Part shown: piece by piece, positions 27,336 through 36,248 of the stretch
Position numbering within the stretch: position 1 is the first letter of the stretch
How the letters are laid out: every line of letters begins with the position of its first letter
Origin: Coriobacteriia bacterium
GTDB taxonomy: Bacteria; Actinomycetota; Coriobacteriia; Coriobacteriales; UMGS124
Reading direction: 5' to 3'
Length of the DNA: 64,000 nt
Assembly (NCBI GenBank): GCA_018368455.1
Contig: JAGZEG010000005.1
Location: forward strand, 104,654-168,653
Program-made: the position numbers and the translations under genes
The notes under the pieces: model-generated
Databases searched by the model: none
Told to the model about the DNA's origin: nothing
Seen by the model: the letters and a program-made list of their open reading frames with translations, nothing else

Positions 27336-27626
27336 ATGCTGCGAATCGAGCCTTCTCGAGCATTCTGCCGCGACGCCAAAAAGCTCAAGGCGAAGCACGC
27401 CGATCTGTCCAAACTTCGTGAGGTTGTCGAGCTTATCAGTCAAAACACCACCGAGTCGCGGGCGGAGCTGCGTCGCCATCACAAGATGCACGTTCTCTCG
27501 GGTGCCTGGGAGGGCGCCAATGAGTGCCACGTGTGCAATGTGGGGGACTGGCTACTCATCTGGACTGTCGAAGGGAACACTGCCTTCCTGGCCAGAACGG
27601 GCTCGCATGACGAGCTGCTGCGATAA
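27336..27626 (+). CDS. yafQ: Type II toxin, YafQ/RelE family mRNA interferase
   Basis: FCRDAKKLKAKH...HHKMHVLSGAWEGANECHVCNVGDWLLIW...ARTGSHDELL. Starts 3 nt after the antitoxin stop. Confidence 0.8.
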   Translation: MLRIEPSRAFCRDAKKLKAKHADLSKLREVVELISQNTTESRAELRRHHKMHVLSGAWEGANECHVCNVGDWLLIWTVEGNTAFLARTGSHDELLR

Positions 27627-27706
27627 GCTTGCCGGCGCTCGGGTTAAGGTTTAAGCGGTTCCATTCAAGTATGAGCGCGTGTCGTTTTGGAGTCCTGAGA
27701 GTGAGC

Positions 27707-30370
27707 ATGATGACGAAAGCTGACGAAACGCTTCCCGTTGCCAAGCGGGTTGTCCTCGCGGTGGACACGTCCACCGACATGCTGGCGTGCGCGTTGGGGC
27801 GGACGGGAGACGGCGCCTCGCTCGAGATCGTCGCTGCAGCCGATCACCTGTGCCGCCGCCAGGCCAACGTCGAGCTTGTGCCGACCGTCGACGCGCTGTT
27901 GGCTGGCGCCGGCCTGACGCGCGTTGACGTCGACGCCGTCGTGTGCGGCACGGGACCTGGCTCGTTCACGGGCGTGCGCATCGGCGTGGCGGCGGCCAAG
28001 GGTCTGGCCTGCGGCCTGTGCGTCCCGCTGTACGGGGCGTCGACGCTTGACGCCGTGGCGTGGGTCGCCTGGGACGCCGGCGTGCGCGGGCTGGTAGGCG
28101 TCGTGGGCGACGCCATGCGCAAGGAGGTCTACCCCGGGCTGTATCGGCTGGGCGACGAGGGTGTCGAGCGCCTGTTTGCCAGCGAGATCGTCTGCAAGGT
28201 GCCCGTGGCCGTCGAGGCATGGGCTGCCCGCTCCGATCGCGAGGCCATCCAGCTCACGGGCGACGGCCTCAAGAAGTACCGCGCCGCTTTCGAGGAAGCG
28301 GGCTTCGCAAACTTCGTCGACGAGAGCCTGTGGTATCCGACCGGCGAAGGCCTCCTGCGCGCGGCGGTGACCACGGCGCCGCAGCTGCTGCGTTCCCCGA
28401 TGCCTCGCGTATCTCAATACGCGTCGGCATCGGGCGCCTTGCATCTGCAGCACCGTGGCACCGCCGAGGATGATTGCGAACTCGCATCCGCCTCGGCGGC
28501 TACGTGCCGAGAAGAAGACACCCCGACGGCGCCCACGGTGCAGCAGATGCAAGGCGCGGAAGAGCGCCGCGTGGTAAGCCACGCAAGCTCTCCCGCAACG
28601 CCGCAGATGCTGTGCTGTGGTGCGCCGTCGGGGGATCCGGCGCTGGTGCTCCCGATCTACACCCGCCTCTCGGACGCCGAGGAGAACGAGCGCGTGCGCC
28701 TGGGTATCGCTGAGCCGGCGAGCGTGCGCGTGACGGGCGTCGACGACGACCTCGGCGACATCCACGTGCAGCAGCGCCCCATGTCCGTCAACGACCTTGC
28801 CGCCGTCGCCGACCTCGAGGCGCGCGCGTTTGACCCGGCGAGCGGCCACAAGGCGTGGACGCAGGCCATGTTTGCCGACGAGTACGCACAGCCCAGTCGC
28901 ACGTGGTGGGTCATCCATGACCAGGGCACGATCGTCGGCTTTGCCGGCGGCCTCATCGTCGACGGCAATCTCGAGGTGCTCGACGTCGCCGTCGACCCCG
29001 ATCGCCGCCGCCAGGGCCTCGCGAAGCGCCTGCTGTCGCGCATCGCCTATGACGCGCAGATGCTCGGCGCGCGCACGTCGACACTCGAGGTCGCGCGCGA
29101 CAACGTGGCGGCGCGGGCGCTGTACGAGCAGGTGGGTTTCGAGGTCGTCGGCGTGCGCAAGGCCTACTACGGGCGGACGGCCGACGGCACGCCCCGCGAC
29201 GCGCTCACGATGAAGGCGAGCCTGCCGCTGGCTATCGACGTCGAGGCCGACGAGCCCGAGCCTCGTCCTGCCGAGCGCGTCTGGCCGCCGGTCGAGCCGG
29301 AGCGCACGGTGGAGGAGCGGCAGGCCTTGCAGGCCGCGGGCGACCTCGTCCTGGCTATCGAGAGCAGCTGCGACGAGACGGCCATCGCCATCATCGACGC
29401 TGCGGGCGAGCTGCGCGCCAACGTCGTCTCGACGCAGATCGACTTCCACGCTCGCTTCGGCGGCGTTGTGCCAGAGATCGCGAGCCGCAAGCACACGGAG
29501 GCTATCGTCGGTGTCTACGAGGAGGCCATGGCGCAGGCGGGGGCCTCGCTGGGCCTTGCGACGGGCCCGCTGCGTCCCGAGGAGCTGGCGGCCGTGGGCG
29601 TCACGCAGGGGCCGGGCCTCGTGGGTGCGCTCGTCGTGGGCGTCGCGTTCGCCAAGGGGCTTGCGTGGGCGGCCGACAAACCGCTCGTGTGCGTGAACCA
29701 CCTCGAGGGGCATCTGTTTGCCAACCTGTTCGAGACGCCCGACCTCGAGCCGCCGTTCGTGGCGAGCCTGCTGTCGGGCGGGCACACGATGCTTGTGCAT
29801 GTGAGGGCGTGGGGCGACTACGAGGTGCTGGGGCAAACACTCGACGACGCAGTGGGCGAGGCGTTTGACAAGGTAGCCAAGGCGCTGGGCCTGGGCTATC
29901 CTGGCGGCCCGGTCATCTCGAGGCTGGCGGCCAAGGGTAATCCGAAGGCGATTGACTTCCCCCGGGCCATGCTGCACAGCCACGACTACCGCTTCTCGCT
30001 CAGCGGGCTCAAGACGGCCGTCATCACGTACATCCAGCAGGAGAACGCGGCAGGGCGGCCCATCAACCTGCCAGACCTCGCGGCGAGCTTCCAGGCTGCC
30101 GTCATTGACGTGCAGGTGTCCAAAGCGTTGACTGCATGCAAGCAGTTTGGCGTGCGCGAGTTCTGCGCCGGGGGTGGCGTGACGGCTAACCCCGCACTGC
30201 GCGAGGCGTTCGCCCGCGAGCTCGGTAAGCGCCGCATTCGCGTGACGCTGCCCCCGCGCTCGACGTGCACGGACAACGCGGCCATGATCGCCCTGGTGGC
30301 GAAGCGCAAGCTCGAGCGCGGCGAGACGAGCCCGCTTACCGCCGACGCCGATCCGAACATGGGGCTGTAG
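27707..30370 (+). CDS. tsaB/rimI/tsaD: Single-ORF fusion TsaB - RimI (GNAT acetyltransferase) - TsaD
   Basis: TsaB: LAVDTSTD...GTGPGSFTGVRIG...PIYTRLSDAEE. RimI (~28760-29230): LEVLDVAVDPDRRRQGLAKRLL...LEVARDNVAARALYEQVGF. TsaD (from ~29341): LAIESSCDETA...GGVVPEIASRKH...LSGGHT...GGVTAN. No stop codon between the modules. The start (ATG 27707, 27710 or 27671) is uncertain. Confidence 0.85.
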   Translation: MMTKADETLPVAKRVVLAVDTSTDMLACALGRTGDGASLEIVAAADHLCRRQANVELVPTVDALLAGAGLTRVDVDAVVCGTGPGSFTGVRIGVAAAKGLACGLCVPLYGASTLDAVAWVAWDAGVRGLVGVVGDAMRKEVYPGLYRLGDEGVERLFASEIVCKVPVAVEAWAARSDREAIQLTGDGLKKYRAAFEEAGFANFVDESLWYPTGEGLLRAAVTTAPQLLRSPMPRVSQYASASGALHLQHRGTAEDDCELASASAATCREEDTPTAPTVQQMQGAEERRVVSHASSPATPQMLCCGAPSGDPALVLPIYTRLSDAEENERVRLGIAEPASVRVTGVDDDLGDIHVQQRPMSVNDLAAVADLEARAFDPASGHKAWTQAMFADEYAQPSRTWWVIHDQGTIVGFAGGLIVDGNLEVLDVAVDPDRRRQGLAKRLLSRIAYDAQMLGARTSTLEVARDNVAARALYEQVGFEVVGVRKAYYGRTADGTPRDALTMKASLPLAIDVEADEPEPRPAERVWPPVEPERTVEERQALQAAGDLVLAIESSCDETAIAIIDAAGELRANVVSTQIDFHARFGGVVPEIASRKHTEAIVGVYEEAMAQAGASLGLATGPLRPEELAAVGVTQGPGLVGALVVGVAFAKGLAWAADKPLVCVNHLEGHLFANLFETPDLEPPFVASLLSGGHTMLVHVRAWGDYEVLGQTLDDAVGEAFDKVAKALGLGYPGGPVISRLAAKGNPKAIDFPRAMLHSHDYRFSLSGLKTAVITYIQQENAAGRPINLPDLAASFQAAVIDVQVSKALTACKQFGVREFCAGGGVTANPALREAFARELGKRRIRVTLPPRSTCTDNAAMIALVAKRKLERGETSPLTADADPNMGL

Positions 30371-30544
30371 GATGGCGGCTCCGTGTTTCACGGGGGTTTA
30401 GCTTTCCGGCCTTTCGCCCGACGGCTCGGACAGGGACGTCGTGGGCGTGGATTCCTGCGGTTCGGGTGGGGGCACGATCGAAGGGCGACACGGGGCCAGA
30501 GGGGCGATCGGGCACAGCGACATTGGCGATGGGGAAGGGCTGCG

Positions 30545-31639
30545 ATGGGTGGCGAACAGGCGATGCCGAGCAAGACGGCTCCTCGGGGCCGTATCGCCTA
30601 TTTTGACATTGCCAGGGGCGTCGCGATGCTCGCGGTCATCGTGGGCCACTCTTCGGCACAGGGCATCCCCTGGCCCATCGTTAACTTCTGCTACTCGTTT
30701 GACATGCCGCTGTTCTTCTTTATAAGCGGCTACTTCTGCAGGCCAGATGTACGCCTCGACGCTCGCTACGTCGCCAAGAACGCCCGCGCCTTGTTACTGC
30801 CGTATTTGTGGACGAGCATCATCCTTCTCGCCTTGTTTGCCGTGCGCGGCCTGCTTATTCCCGAGCAGGGCGGCGGAGTCCTCGAGCTTCTCCAACGCTG
30901 GTCTCTGGCTTGCTTGTACGGGGCGGGAGGGCAGTTCGCGGGACTGCCGGCGGGCATTATCGGCATTGGCGCTCTTTGGTACCTGCTTGCCCTGTTTTGG
31001 GCCAAATTGCTGCTTGCGCTTGCGAACCGGCTGCCGGGGACACCCGTTATCGTTGCGGCCCTGTTCGTGTTGGGATACGCGTCCACGAACTGGGTGACGT
31101 GGCTGCCTTGGCTCCCGTGGAGCATCCAGCCCGCCCTGTGCGCAACCCTTTTTCTCTACCTCGGCCAGCTTGCCCATGCGAGGGGTTTGTTTGAGCGGGG
31201 CGCGCTCCATCCTGCCGCCTGGGTTGCCATGCTCCTCATCTGGCTGGTAGACGGCATATGGGGAGGGCCCATCTATCTGGTGAGCAACGAGTACGGGCAT
31301 GGAGTGTTTGACCTGGTCGGAGGCGTGTTCGGTGCTTTGTGCGTCATCAAAGGCTGCCAGCTGTTCGAGCGTCGTTTCCCGAGACTGGTGTCCGTGCCCC
31401 AGGCGTTCGGCTCCATCACGCTACCGGTGTTTTGCATGCACCTGGTCGAGATGAATGTCCTGCCTTGGGATCTCATGTTCGAGATGCTGGTCGACTTGCC
31501 GGGGCCCGTTGTCCTGGAGGCCGTTCTGCTGCGCTGCGCTATTATCGCGCTTCTCACGGGCGCGCTCTGGCTTCTTCCGCGCCCTATCTCCGGGGCGTTC
31601 TTCGCGGCTCGTCGGGATTCCGTGCAAGCGCCGCACTAG
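30545..31639 (+). CDS. Membrane acyltransferase family 3 protein (OatA-like)
   Basis: YFDIARGVAMLAVIVGHS followed by about 10 hydrophobic segments. Start is ATG 30545 or 30563. Confidence 0.75.
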   Translation: MGGEQAMPSKTAPRGRIAYFDIARGVAMLAVIVGHSSAQGIPWPIVNFCYSFDMPLFFFISGYFCRPDVRLDARYVAKNARALLLPYLWTSIILLALFAVRGLLIPEQGGGVLELLQRWSLACLYGAGGQFAGLPAGIIGIGALWYLLALFWAKLLLALANRLPGTPVIVAALFVLGYASTNWVTWLPWLPWSIQPALCATLFLYLGQLAHARGLFERGALHPAAWVAMLLIWLVDGIWGGPIYLVSNEYGHGVFDLVGGVFGALCVIKGCQLFERRFPRLVSVPQAFGSITLPVFCMHLVEMNVLPWDLMFEMLVDLPGPVVLEAVLLRCAIIALLTGALWLLPRPISGAFFAARRDSVQAPH

Positions 31640-31711
31640 AGCGTTTCATCCTCTATCCTGTCAGGGATGCAGAAAACGGGTCTGTTGTCCCAGATAAGGA
31701 TTGTTGGTGCC

Positions 31712-33838
31712 ATGGCAGAGAAGCGCGCGTTGTCCGTTGAAAAAAGCTTGGGCGTCACGCCTCGTGCGCCGCGCGTCACCGTCATCGTACCGGTCTACAA
31801 CACCGAGCGATATCTCGAAGCCTGTCTTGACAGCCTTGTGAACCAGACGTTTTCTGACATAGAAATCCTCTGCGTAGACGATGGCTCCACCGATAGCTCC
31901 GGCGCGATGCTCGACGCCCGCGCGGCTCGGGATGCGCGCATCCGTGTCATTCATCAGAGTAACGCCGGCGTTTCTCACGCGCGCAACGTGGCGCTGGACG
32001 CAGCGTGTGGAGAGTACATCCTCTTCGTGGACTCCGACGACTTCATTGACCTCGATACCTGCGAGAAGCTGTTGAACATCGCAGATCGCGACGGGGCGGA
32101 CATCGTCGTGTTCGGCGGAGTGTCCTTCCCCTCGGTTGGCTGGATTGACGCCTGCTTCGATACGCACGACGCCGTTTATCGAAACGACAGCTTTGGCGCA
32201 TTGTTCTACGAAAACGGCTCTCATCCGTTGATGTGCAACAAGATGTACCGGCGCTCGCTGCTCAACGACAACGGCCTGCGCTTCAACGAGACCTTCACGC
32301 TGGGCGAGGACAACGCGTTCCAGTTCTGCACGTTCCCGCGCGCTCGGGTGATCTCGTACTGCCGGGACACGTTCTACCACTACCGCTGTGAGCGAGAGGG
32401 CTCTGCTGTCAACGCCGCCGAGGACGATCGCGTGGCGCGGTTGGTCAAGCACGTGGCCATCGTCGAGTACGTTGTCAACCAGTGGGCTCAGGCGGGCTTT
32501 TTGCCGGGGCAGGAAGAGCGCCTTCTCTCGTGGTCGTCCGAGTTTCTCTCGAGAGACATCCTGTATATTTCGCAAGCCGATCGTATGCGCTTTGCGCAAG
32601 AGTACCGGCGCATCGCTGACGAGCATGGCCTGATGGTGGGACATTCTAGCCAGGCTCCCTATCTGCACGACCTCACCGATTTTGTACGCGCCGAGCTGTC
32701 CGTTTCGCCCGAGACCCCAACGGTCAGCGTCATAGCGGTGTCGTGCTACGATGAGACGTGCCTTGACCAGGGCTTTGTCTCGCTGGCCAACCAGTACCTG
32801 CAGGACGTCGAACTGCTCTGCGTTGATGCCTATCCGGACCGGCCTTCGTCGGTCGAGCTGAAACGCCTCGTCGCGAGCGACGAGCGGGCTCGTCTTGTCG
32901 GTACGGTTGGCGAGGCGCTGAGGCTGGCGCGGGGCTCGTTCGTTATCTGCGCTCACCTGAGGGATCACTACGATTGGTATGCGCTGCGCGACATGGTGCA
33001 GGCGGCCCGGGGAGTTACCCCGGCTGCCGACGTGGTGACGGTGCGCGACTGGTTCAACCATCTGCGCACGCAGGATCTAACCCGCTCCCTTCACATGCTT
33101 TCGAACGACGGAACCAAGCCTCTCGGCCAGGCCGATCGCGCATCGCTCGCTCCCGCAGAGCTGGGCGACGACCTCCTCTCGTTCTCGTCCCTTGACGCCT
33201 CCAACAAGCTGTGGCGCACCGACTTTGCACGTAGCGTCGAGCTGGACTTCACAAGTGCCGCCTCTGTCGCCCTTGCCCTCATGCAGGCACGGACTATCGT
33301 GCCCTTGCCCGCGCACCTGATGCGTCGCGGCTCGTACAAGGGGATTACGGTGGACGGTGCCCGCAACCTGGCGCGGAAGCTGGGCGATGACATGGCACAG
33401 CTGTACCGTGCGCTCGAAGAGGGGGGACTGCTGCCCGTCCACGAGAAAGGCTACGTGAACGCCTATCTCTCGGGGGGCATGTGCCTGCGCGAGCTTATGC
33501 GCAGCGATGACATCGAACAGGCGTTTCTTGAGTCTTTTGCGGGCTTGCTGAGGGAGTCTCGCCTGCTTGACGGGCACGATAAGTGGTGGTTTGTGAATGC
33601 TCGCGACTACGAGTGCGCCCAAAAGATCCTGTCAGAGGGTGTACGCAGCTTCCTCAACCTCGACCGGTACGACAGCATCGAGGACCTCTCCTCCTACATC
33701 AACGTGCTGGAGTCTCAGCTTTCTGACGCCCGCCGGGAGATCGGCTGCCTTCGTGGCTCGATGAGCTTTAGGGTGGGTCGCGCCGCGACGAAGATTCCTC
33801 GTAGGCTTGTCGATCTGCTCCATCGCTTACGTCGCTAG
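31712..33838 (+). CDS. Glycosyltransferase family 2 with a second degenerate GT2-like domain and a C-terminal coiled-coil/basic tail
   Basis: VTVIVPVYNTERYLEACLDSL...DDGSTDSS...FVDSDD. Second module VSVIAVSCYDETCLDQ. ATG 31667 is an alternative start. Confidence 0.8.
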   Translation: MAEKRALSVEKSLGVTPRAPRVTVIVPVYNTERYLEACLDSLVNQTFSDIEILCVDDGSTDSSGAMLDARAARDARIRVIHQSNAGVSHARNVALDAACGEYILFVDSDDFIDLDTCEKLLNIADRDGADIVVFGGVSFPSVGWIDACFDTHDAVYRNDSFGALFYENGSHPLMCNKMYRRSLLNDNGLRFNETFTLGEDNAFQFCTFPRARVISYCRDTFYHYRCEREGSAVNAAEDDRVARLVKHVAIVEYVVNQWAQAGFLPGQEERLLSWSSEFLSRDILYISQADRMRFAQEYRRIADEHGLMVGHSSQAPYLHDLTDFVRAELSVSPETPTVSVIAVSCYDETCLDQGFVSLANQYLQDVELLCVDAYPDRPSSVELKRLVASDERARLVGTVGEALRLARGSFVICAHLRDHYDWYALRDMVQAARGVTPAADVVTVRDWFNHLRTQDLTRSLHMLSNDGTKPLGQADRASLAPAELGDDLLSFSSLDASNKLWRTDFARSVELDFTSAASVALALMQARTIVPLPAHLMRRGSYKGITVDGARNLARKLGDDMAQLYRALEEGGLLPVHEKGYVNAYLSGGMCLRELMRSDDIEQAFLESFAGLLRESRLLDGHDKWWFVNARDYECAQKILSEGVRSFLNLDRYDSIEDLSSYINVLESQLSDARREIGCLRGSMSFRVGRAATKIPRRLVDLLHRLRR

Positions 33839-33864
33839 CCGCCTCTCACCCGGAAGGGAATGCC

Positions 33865-35130
33865 ATGAAGGTCAGCGTTCTTGTCCCCGTGCACAATTCG
33901 GCTCCCTATCTTGAGGCGTGCCTTGACTCGATTCTCGCCCAGTCCATGGGCGACATCGAGGTGATTTGCGTTGACGACGGCTCGTCCGACGAGTCCCCTG
34001 ACATCCTGAGGCGCTATGCGGAGTCCGACGGGCGCGTACGTGTTATCACGCAGGGTTGCGGAGGCGTGAGCGCTGCCCGTAACGTCGCGCTCGGGCACGC
34101 GCGGGGCGAGTACGTCCAGTTCGTCGATTCCGATGATGCGATCGAGCCCGGCCTGCTCGCGGGGGTCCTGGAGGTCGCCGAGCCGCTCGACGCTCAGATG
34201 GCCTCCTTTGGCTTTTCGGAGTGGTACGCAAAGGACGACGTGCTCATAGCTCGCGAGCTCTGCGCTGACGAGTCTCTATACGGCCGTGCCTTCTCGCTTG
34301 CCGACATACAGGGGCCGGCAACGGGCCTCATGACCCCTGCCGTGTGGCACACGCTGTTTCGGCGGGACTTCTTGGACGGGCATGGGATCCGCTTCCATGA
34401 GGAGCTGCGCACCTCGGAGGACCTTGCTTTTACCTACGAGGCGCTGTCCTGTGCCGAACGCATCTGTCTTGTGGGAAGCCGCTACTATCGCTATCGCCGT
34501 GATGCCTCCGCCGCAACGCTAACCCGTGTCGACCGGGGCCTCGACGGATATCGCGCCCTCGAGCACATCGGGGCGTTCAACGATGGGGCGTACCTCAAGG
34601 GCGGGCTGGTGGCCCACTACGTCAACCTCGTTCTGGATACGGTGCGCTACGACCTGTACTCCGCGGCGACCGCGTCGGAATATCTCGAGCTCTATCGCGG
34701 CCTACTTGATCACTGGCTTCCGCTGGCCAGGAGCCATGAGGAGCTGATTGATGAGCGTTACCGGGCGTTCTATCAGAAGGTCCGCGACAAGGACGCTCAG
34801 CAGTTCCTGTTCGACGAATATGCCGAATATCGCGATGCCCTAGAGTTCCAGAACGCGCGGATACGGGGCTTCTACGAGCGGGAGCTCTCGACGCTGCGCG
34901 ACAGGCTGGGCGAGCAGGAGCGGGCGCTCGATGAGTCCCGCCAGGAAGTGACTCGTCGCGATGACCGTGTGGTCTATCTCGAGAATCTTCTTTCCGAGAC
35001 GCGAGGGGCGCTCGATTCTGCGCAACGGGGCGAGCAGGAGGTGCGTGCCTCGTATGCCTTCCGCATCGGGCGGGTGCTGACCTGGCTTCCCTCTCGGTTC
35101 AAGGCGCTCGTCAGGCGCGTACGGAGATGA
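33865..35130 (+). CDS. Glycosyltransferase family 2 with a C-terminal coiled-coil/basic tail
   Basis: VSVLVPVHNSAPYLEACLDSIL...CVDDGSSDES...FVDSDD. RBS GGAAGGGA. Confidence 0.85.
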   Translation: MKVSVLVPVHNSAPYLEACLDSILAQSMGDIEVICVDDGSSDESPDILRRYAESDGRVRVITQGCGGVSAARNVALGHARGEYVQFVDSDDAIEPGLLAGVLEVAEPLDAQMASFGFSEWYAKDDVLIARELCADESLYGRAFSLADIQGPATGLMTPAVWHTLFRRDFLDGHGIRFHEELRTSEDLAFTYEALSCAERICLVGSRYYRYRRDASAATLTRVDRGLDGYRALEHIGAFNDGAYLKGGLVAHYVNLVLDTVRYDLYSAATASEYLELYRGLLDHWLPLARSHEELIDERYRAFYQKVRDKDAQQFLFDEYAEYRDALEFQNARIRGFYERELSTLRDRLGEQERALDESRQEVTRRDDRVVYLENLLSETRGALDSAQRGEQEVRASYAFRIGRVLTWLPSRFKALVRRVRR

Positions 35131-35235
35131 TGGGCTAAATAACCTGCATGTGTACGGTGTAAGATCGACGCAGTGAGACCAGGCGTCTCACGGAGCGGCG
35201 AGGAAGAGAACGACGGAGCGCTCGGGGGTTTGGCG

Positions 35236-36234
35236 ATGGGACTGTTTAGCAAGAAGCACGATGGCGGTAGCGAGATCGCGGTTTCGGTTCTCACGCCAAT
35301 CTACAACGTTGAGAAGTATCTGCCCGAGTGCCTCGACAGCCTCAAGGCGCAGAAGCTCAAGAACATTGAGTTCATCTGCATCAATGACGGCTCGACGGAC
35401 GGCTCGCTCGACATCCTCAGGCGCTACGCTGCCGATGATCCGCGCTTCGTCATCATCGACAAGCCCAATTCAGGCTACGGCGCGTCGATGAACTGCGGCC
35501 TCGACAAGGCGCGCGGCGAGTATATAGGCATCGTCGAGTCCGACGACGTCGCTTCTCCTAAGATGTTCAAGAAACTGTATTCATTTGCAAAGAAGAATGA
35601 TTGCGACATCGTAAAGTCAAACTACTTTGAGTATGACGGCACCAACGACGTATTCCAGGACGTTTTTGGCAACTTCCGGCTTGGCAAGCCGTTTGACGTC
35701 CGTGACGACCTCGAGGTCATGAAGGCGCTGCCCATCATCTGGGCAGCCATCTACCGTCGCTCGATGCTTGTCGACAATAACGTCCGCTTCAACGAGACGC
35801 CGGGCGCATCGTTCCAGGACACGTCGTTCGTATTCCAAGCATGGGTTGCCTCTCGCCGCATCGCCCTGCTCAAGGACGCCTTCCTACACTATCGCGTGAG
35901 CCGCGCCGAGTCGTCGGTCAAGAGCGACTCCAAGGTGTTCGAGGTGTGCAAGGAGTACGAGCTGAGCTATGAGTTCATGCATCGCGACCCGCGCCGCGTC
36001 GAGGACTTTGGTAAGCTCGTCAACGTCATCAAGCTGGGCACGTATCGCTGGAACTACAACCGCATTGCCGAACAGCATCGCCCTGCCTTTTGCGATCGCT
36101 GGTCTCAGGAGCTGAGGCGCGACGATGCCGAGGGACTTCTGGATGCCACGCTGTTCACGCCCCAGGACTGGCGGGTCATCTGCGCTATCCGGGATGACCC
36201 CGCTGCATTTGTGGCCTCGCATCCCGAAATGTAG
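35236..36234 (+). CDS. Glycosyltransferase family 2
   Basis: VSVLTPIYNVEKYLPECLDSL...INDGSTDGS...IVESDD. Confidence 0.85.
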   Translation: MGLFSKKHDGGSEIAVSVLTPIYNVEKYLPECLDSLKAQKLKNIEFICINDGSTDGSLDILRRYAADDPRFVIIDKPNSGYGASMNCGLDKARGEYIGIVESDDVASPKMFKKLYSFAKKNDCDIVKSNYFEYDGTNDVFQDVFGNFRLGKPFDVRDDLEVMKALPIIWAAIYRRSMLVDNNVRFNETPGASFQDTSFVFQAWVASRRIALLKDAFLHYRVSRAESSVKSDSKVFEVCKEYELSYEFMHRDPRRVEDFGKLVNVIKLGTYRWNYNRIAEQHRPAFCDRWSQELRRDDAEGLLDATLFTPQDWRVICAIRDDPAAFVASHPEM

Positions 36235-36248
36235 CGCAGGGGGGCTGT

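Noticed and set aside
27665-30391. 908-aa minus-strand ORF. The same class includes 16979..18253, 31661..33061, 45270..46637, 49654..50646, 51217..52758 and 55408..56724.
   Set aside because: Each is the antisense shadow of a gene with clear family motifs (tsaB-rimI-tsaD, glmM, GT2, amidase, the wall-binding protein, groEL, amt). None has a recognisable motif or an RBS.
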